From assembly GCA_041690595.1 (NCBI GenBank), contig JAWLHB010000002.1, positions 248,001-312,000 on the forward strand: a DNA stretch of 64,000 bases. Reading direction: 5' to 3'. Below the pieces are notes generated by a model. It had not been told where the DNA came from. It saw only the letters and a list, made by a program, of their open reading frames with translations, and did not search any database. Source of the DNA: Lentisphaeria bacterium (GTDB taxonomy: Bacteria > Verrucomicrobiota > Lentisphaeria > JABSQK01 > JAWLHB01). Shown piece by piece: positions 60,047-64,000 of this stretch; positions within the stretch are counted from its first letter, which is position 1, and each line of letters begins with the position of its first letter. The position numbers were made by a program, and so were the translations under genes.

Positions 60047-63000
60047 CTACTCCACGATCAGGATGCGAAGATCGTGCGCGCCCAGCTCCAGGCGGCGGCC
60101 CGCGTACTCGCCCCATTCGCGCACCCGCTTCTCCGGATTCCAGAAGGTGCGGAACGCATAGCCGCTTTCGGCATCCCGTACACTCGCGGGCACCCTCCCA
60201 AGCAGCGCGGGAAGGAGTTCGAACTCCACATCCAACTCCCGGTTGTTTCCATTCAAAATAACCAGCGCCGCCTTCCCCTTGCCGTGATAGATCGAGCAAT
60301 AGACCTCCGGAGTGTCGACCTTCACCATCTCGCCGCTCCGCCAATAACCCGTGAAGGGGCAGGCCGCATCTTCGCTAAAGAAGCCAACCGCCTCGTCCAG
60401 CAGCTCCGGCAGCTTCTGGTGCTCCCAGGCATACTCCGTTCCCCAGCGGTAGGCGCCAATGTCGTGAAGCAGGCAAAGCCCGATGATGTTCCGCGAACGC
60501 CGCCGCGACTCCGCCTGCGTCGACGCTTCCCCCCCGCCATAGCGCGAGGCAAGCCGATGAATGATCCCCCGCTTCAGCCGCGCATACGACCGGAACTGAT
60601 GCACCGACATCTGGTCGAGCAGCGTATTCGTCGGTCCATCCACATAGAAGTCGTTCTCGATATGCCACGCCACCTGGTTGAAGGACCAGTCCACGTGCAT
60701 GTTGCCGATCCACCACGGACGCCGGTTCAACTGCCAGCCGATCGTGTTGAGCCGGCGCGTCAGCTCCCGCCGCATCCCCGTATTCCAGCGCCAATAGAAC
60801 TCCTGACGCCGCGGATCGTAATCCTTGATCTGAAAGCTCGACCGATTGTCCCACCAGGTCCCGTTCACCGGGCAGTCGCGCAACAGCTGATAGTGGTACC
60901 AGACGAAGCAATCCACCTGGCTCTGCACCCAGTTCACCCCGATCTCGTGCTGATCCCGCTTCAGCGTCGACTCGTAGGAGCCCTGCATGTTGAAGCCATT
61001 CGACTTCGCCGCCAGCTCCTGCGACCGCAATTGCGTGTTGCCAAGCCACTCCCCCCCATAGGTGTCGAAGCTCGGCAGATCCATCATCATGTTCTTCGTC
61101 GAACCGTACAGGGTGATCGGCAACTGCCGTCGCGCCGCTATCTCGGCATCCTGGCGAAAACCACCCAGAGGTCGTCCCGGAGCCCGAAGCCCCTGCAGCA
61201 TCTGCCGCAACGCCTCGCGGTCGTTCTGCTCCATATAGTAGCCATCGCTCGAACGCCCCCACTGCCGCCAGCCAAAAGTGCTGTGCGCGTACCACCCCGG
61301 CCCGACCGGGCCCTGATGTCCCCAGCCAATCACCCGCTCCGCCAGCATCTTCTTTACCGGATCGGCCAGCAAACCGAAATGGAAACGGCGTGTTTGCTTC
61401 ACTTCCACCGGCTCGCCAATAAAGTGAATGTGCACCTCGACTAGCCCGGCACCGTTGCGCACGACCTCCACCGCCGGCCGCTTCTCGCTCATCACCCAGT
61501 CGCGATTATCGTCCGCAAACCACCAGAGACCCTTGTCGCCGTTGCCTGCATGGACAATGGGCGCAAAGGTGCGCCAGACATCCCCATTCCGCGGCACCGG
61601 CTGAAGCATGCCGCTGTGCCAGACAACCCCCTGCCCGGCCGGAATCGCGTCCATCTTGTTGCCGCCGGCAAAGGTATCCGCCCCTCGCTGCACGTACATC
61701 GTATCCGCCCCTTTCCACAGCGGCAAGACCAGCGTCAGCGAGTCGATCGTGCCACCACCCGCCGGCGGCGTCACAAAAAGCTCCACGTCGTAGTAGCCGT
61801 CAAAGAGCATGCGCGTATCGGCAATCAGCGTGAAATCCCCCATCTGCCCCAGCGAGCGCAAGACCACCTGGCTCTCCGACTGCGAGATCAGGGCAGCATG
61901 TGGGTCACTCAGCGCCAGCTCCTGCCCACCATGCACCAGCGTCAGGTGTATCGGCCGTTCGAGCAGCCTCTCCCGACCAGCCCCACCCTCCGCTTCGATC
62001 GACATCGGCAGCCCCATATCGCCGATGGTATAGGACCGCAGAATCGGTGACAACACCTGGCGCCCTTCCCGCTCCTCCACCTTGATCGGCTTGAAGGGCG
62101 GAAAAACGACCTCCTCCTGGCCCAGCGCGTTGCCCTCCCACTCATAATGCCGGCGGACAAACGGCACCTCCCGCACCTCTCCAACCATCTCGCCACCATC
62201 GTTCAACAGCTTCATCTCCGCCACGTACTCGCCCTCCCCCAGACGTCCGCAGTTGACAAGCAACCGCCCCCGGCCACCCTCGATTCGACCGATCGCGCTC
62301 GCCACCGCTTCTCCCTCCCACGGCCGGATACTCACGGCAAAGCTGCCCGCTCCCGCCACCGCCTCCGGCATACCAAAGAAGTCCAGATCCACGCTCGTCT
62401 CCGCGATCCCATGCGTCGGCCAATAAGCGAACCGCCACTCCGGCTCTCCTGACCGGGGCTTCTGTTGCAGCCACGGCTCCACCCGCGCCGCCCATTCAAC
62501 CGGATCGACCAGCGACTTCACCGGCAATTCCACCTCGTACAGCGTCACCAGCTCGCCCTCTGCCGCACCCTCCTCAGCCGGAAGGCGAGCCGTCGCCAGG
62601 ATATGCAGCCGATTCCGGCCCGACGGCCAGTTGACCTCGCGTTCCACGACCATCGAGGCAAGTCCCCCAGGCGCCACCACCGCCTGGCGATGCTCGCGAA
62701 AGAGTTCGCCCCCCTGTGGATCCCGCGCCGTCACCGTTACCTCGATCTCCGCCTCCTCGCTCCCACCGAGAATCTCGAATCCCAGGCGCGGGCGCCCCTT
62801 GGCCAGCTCACCCGTCTCCAGAAAACGGAAGACCGGCGCATCCGCATCGAAGACGATCTCCCCGAAATCGCCCCAGGCCATCCAGGCTTCACCTACCCAA
62901 CCAGCAAAGTAGACCCCACCCGGAGCATCCGCCCGCAGCAGTTGCATCACCCACGACTCCCCCTCCAGATCCTTCGGCGCCTGCAGCGCCGCCAGGGAAA

Positions 63001-63559
63001 TCTTCAACTCCATCTCCCACCGCGACTCCGTGACCGACACCTTATGCTCGCCGATGATCGACCAGTCCTGCTCAGTCCCCGGCGTCCCATTGAAATACCA
63101 CATGTCATGGAGCGTCCCCTTGGCATTGGTCATGATTTTGTAGAAACCTTTGCCCGGCGCGGAGTAGTTCCGCCTCCCCTGCGTCGCAATCTGAATCTCC
63201 GTATGATCATCCCAGAGGATAGCCCCATCGTCATCCTCCTTCACCCGTGCCGCCGGCCAGGTCCCCGGCGGATGCGGCGAGCGCATCGCCAGATAGAAGT
63301 ACTCGGCGTCGTAGCTCACGAACCATGTCACCTGCTGTTCGTTGGCCACTACCGACTTCTCCGCGCCTCCCGGTCCGCCCCAGGTCACCATCCCCGTTAT
63401 CGCCGGCACCGACGCATATTCCTCCTCACCAATCACCCCGTCAATCACCGGGCTCATGCTCAACCGCGGAATCCGCCAGACCGGGTGATCGTACGCCGCG
63501 CCCACGGTGAACGCCACGCCTATCCCCAGGACCACACCAAGGAAACTGAATCTCTTCAT
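60047..63559 (-). CDS. Large exported CAZyme-like protein (CBM9-like N-term, DUF6067-like region)
   Basis: Signal peptide; PVIDG...[42 protein letters not shown]. Confidence 0.65.
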   Translation of the reverse strand: MKRFSFLGVVLGIGVAFTVGAAYDHPVWRIPRLSMSPVIDGVIGEEEYASVPAITGMVTWGGPGGAEKSVVANEQQVTWFVSYDAEYFYLAMRSPHPPGTWPAARVKEDDDGAILWDDHTEIQIATQGRRNYSAPGKGFYKIMTNAKGTLHDMWYFNGTPGTEQDWSIIGEHKVSVTESRWEMELKISLAALQAPKDLEGESWVMQLLRADAPGGVYFAGWVGEAWMAWGDFGEIVFDADAPVFRFLETGELAKGRPRLGFEILGGSEEAEIEVTVTARDPQGGELFREHRQAVVAPGGLASMVVEREVNWPSGRNRLHILATARLPAEEGAAEGELVTLYEVELPVKSLVDPVEWAARVEPWLQQKPRSGEPEWRFAYWPTHGIAETSVDLDFFGMPEAVAGAGSFAVSIRPWEGEAVASAIGRIEGGRGRLLVNCGRLGEGEYVAEMKLLNDGGEMVGEVREVPFVRRHYEWEGNALGQEEVVFPPFKPIKVEEREGRQVLSPILRSYTIGDMGLPMSIEAEGGAGRERLLERPIHLTLVHGGQELALSDPHAALISQSESQVVLRSLGQMGDFTLIADTRMLFDGYYDVELFVTPPAGGGTIDSLTLVLPLWKGADTMYVQRGADTFAGGNKMDAIPAGQGVVWHSGMLQPVPRNGDVWRTFAPIVHAGNGDKGLWWFADDNRDWVMSEKRPAVEVVRNGAGLVEVHIHFIGEPVEVKQTRRFHFGLLADPVKKMLAERVIGWGHQGPVGPGWYAHSTFGWRQWGRSSDGYYMEQNDREALRQMLQGLRAPGRPLGGFRQDAEIAARRQLPITLYGSTKNMMMDLPSFDTYGGEWLGNTQLRSQELAAKSNGFNMQGSYESTLKRDQHEIGVNWVQSQVDCFVWYHYQLLRDCPVNGTWWDNRSSFQIKDYDPRRQEFYWRWNTGMRRELTRRLNTIGWQLNRRPWWIGNMHVDWSFNQVAWHIENDFYVDGPTNTLLDQMSVHQFRSYARLKRGIIHRLASRYGGGEASTQAESRRRSRNIIGLCLLHDIGAYRWGTEYAWEHQKLPELLDEAVGFFSEDAACPFTGYWRSGEMVKVDTPEVYCSIYHGKGKAALVILNGNNRELDVEFELLPALLGRVPASVRDAESGYAFRTFWNPEKRVREWGEYAGRRLELGAHDLRILIVE

Positions 63560-63744
63560 GCCTCTACGCCCCCATGCGCTCCGCTCCATGGCATACCTCC
63601 AGCTGATGTTCTTTCTCTCATGACCAGCCCTAACCTATCTCCATCCGCACCGAAATTCCCACCCGAGCCGCCACCGCCTCGGAAATAACCGCTGCCGGCC
63701 GAACTGGAATCGTTCAAGGTTTCACAGTTTTTTGGAACTTTCAC

Positions 63745-63773
63745 TTTACTTTAGCCCCAGCTCTGATTATAGT
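63745..63773 (+). promoter_or_regulatory. Possible sigma70 promoter
   Basis: TTTACT-N17-TATAGT in an AT-rich patch. Confidence 0.45.
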
Positions 63774-63810
63774 GATCAGTATAAAGGCAACAAGAGCTCA
63801 CATCTTGCAC

Positions 63811-63870
63811 GCCGAACCTGTCAGCCTAAGGTCCGCGATACCCTCGATTCGACAGGTTCGGCTTTTTTTT
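63811..63870 (+). terminator. Long-loop terminator-like hairpin
   Basis: GCCGAACCTGTC-N28-GACAGGTTCGGC followed by T8. Confidence 0.7.
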
Positions 63871-64000
63871 GCCCGTTTGCCCCAACGAACCGCGACTGTC
63901 CGGCAACGTGGGAGGGGTTCTCCGAACCGCGACTTGGGCTTTGCTATCCCTCCACGTGAGCACACCCCAGCCTTCAGCCTCGACAGGCCCGGCAACGTGG

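Noticed and set aside
1..64000. tRNA, rRNA, transposase, integrase or prophage genes
   Set aside because: None recognised in intergenic gaps or ORF translations.

Overview
GC-rich bacterial chromosomal window, most likely from a PVC-superphylum organism (Lentisphaerota/Kiritimatiellota-like; inferred from gene content). It holds about 43 CDS and no recognisable rRNA, tRNA, CRISPR array, transposase or integrase. Housekeeping genes (trmB, tilS, rlmD-type, glmM, guaB, tex, psd, manA, rhaA, two Nudix genes) alternate with carbohydrate-active genes (GH2 beta-mannosidase, heparinase-II/III-like, GH5-like, CBM9/DUF6067-like). The most notable items are: (1) a FecR-domain protein fused to a GspG-type pseudopilin head, directly upstream of a CHASE2-Ser/Thr kinase; (2) a phosphomannomutase fused to a fucose-1-P-guanylyltransferase-like domain, coupled to manA, a candidate non-canonical GDP-mannose route; (3) a five-gene Amuc_1102-1098-like pilus/secretin cluster with a PilM-PilN fusion; (4) a five-gene operon of lyase-like, HEAT, two Cys-rich V4R-like and Gfo/Idh/MocA genes; (5) a composite non-CRISPR repeat array at 24.8-25.5 kb; (6) a GlmU-like gene with an eroded nucleotidyltransferase half; (7) a promoter-hairpin-T8 unit near 63.8 kb. 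All family calls come from motif recognition by eye; no searches were run.
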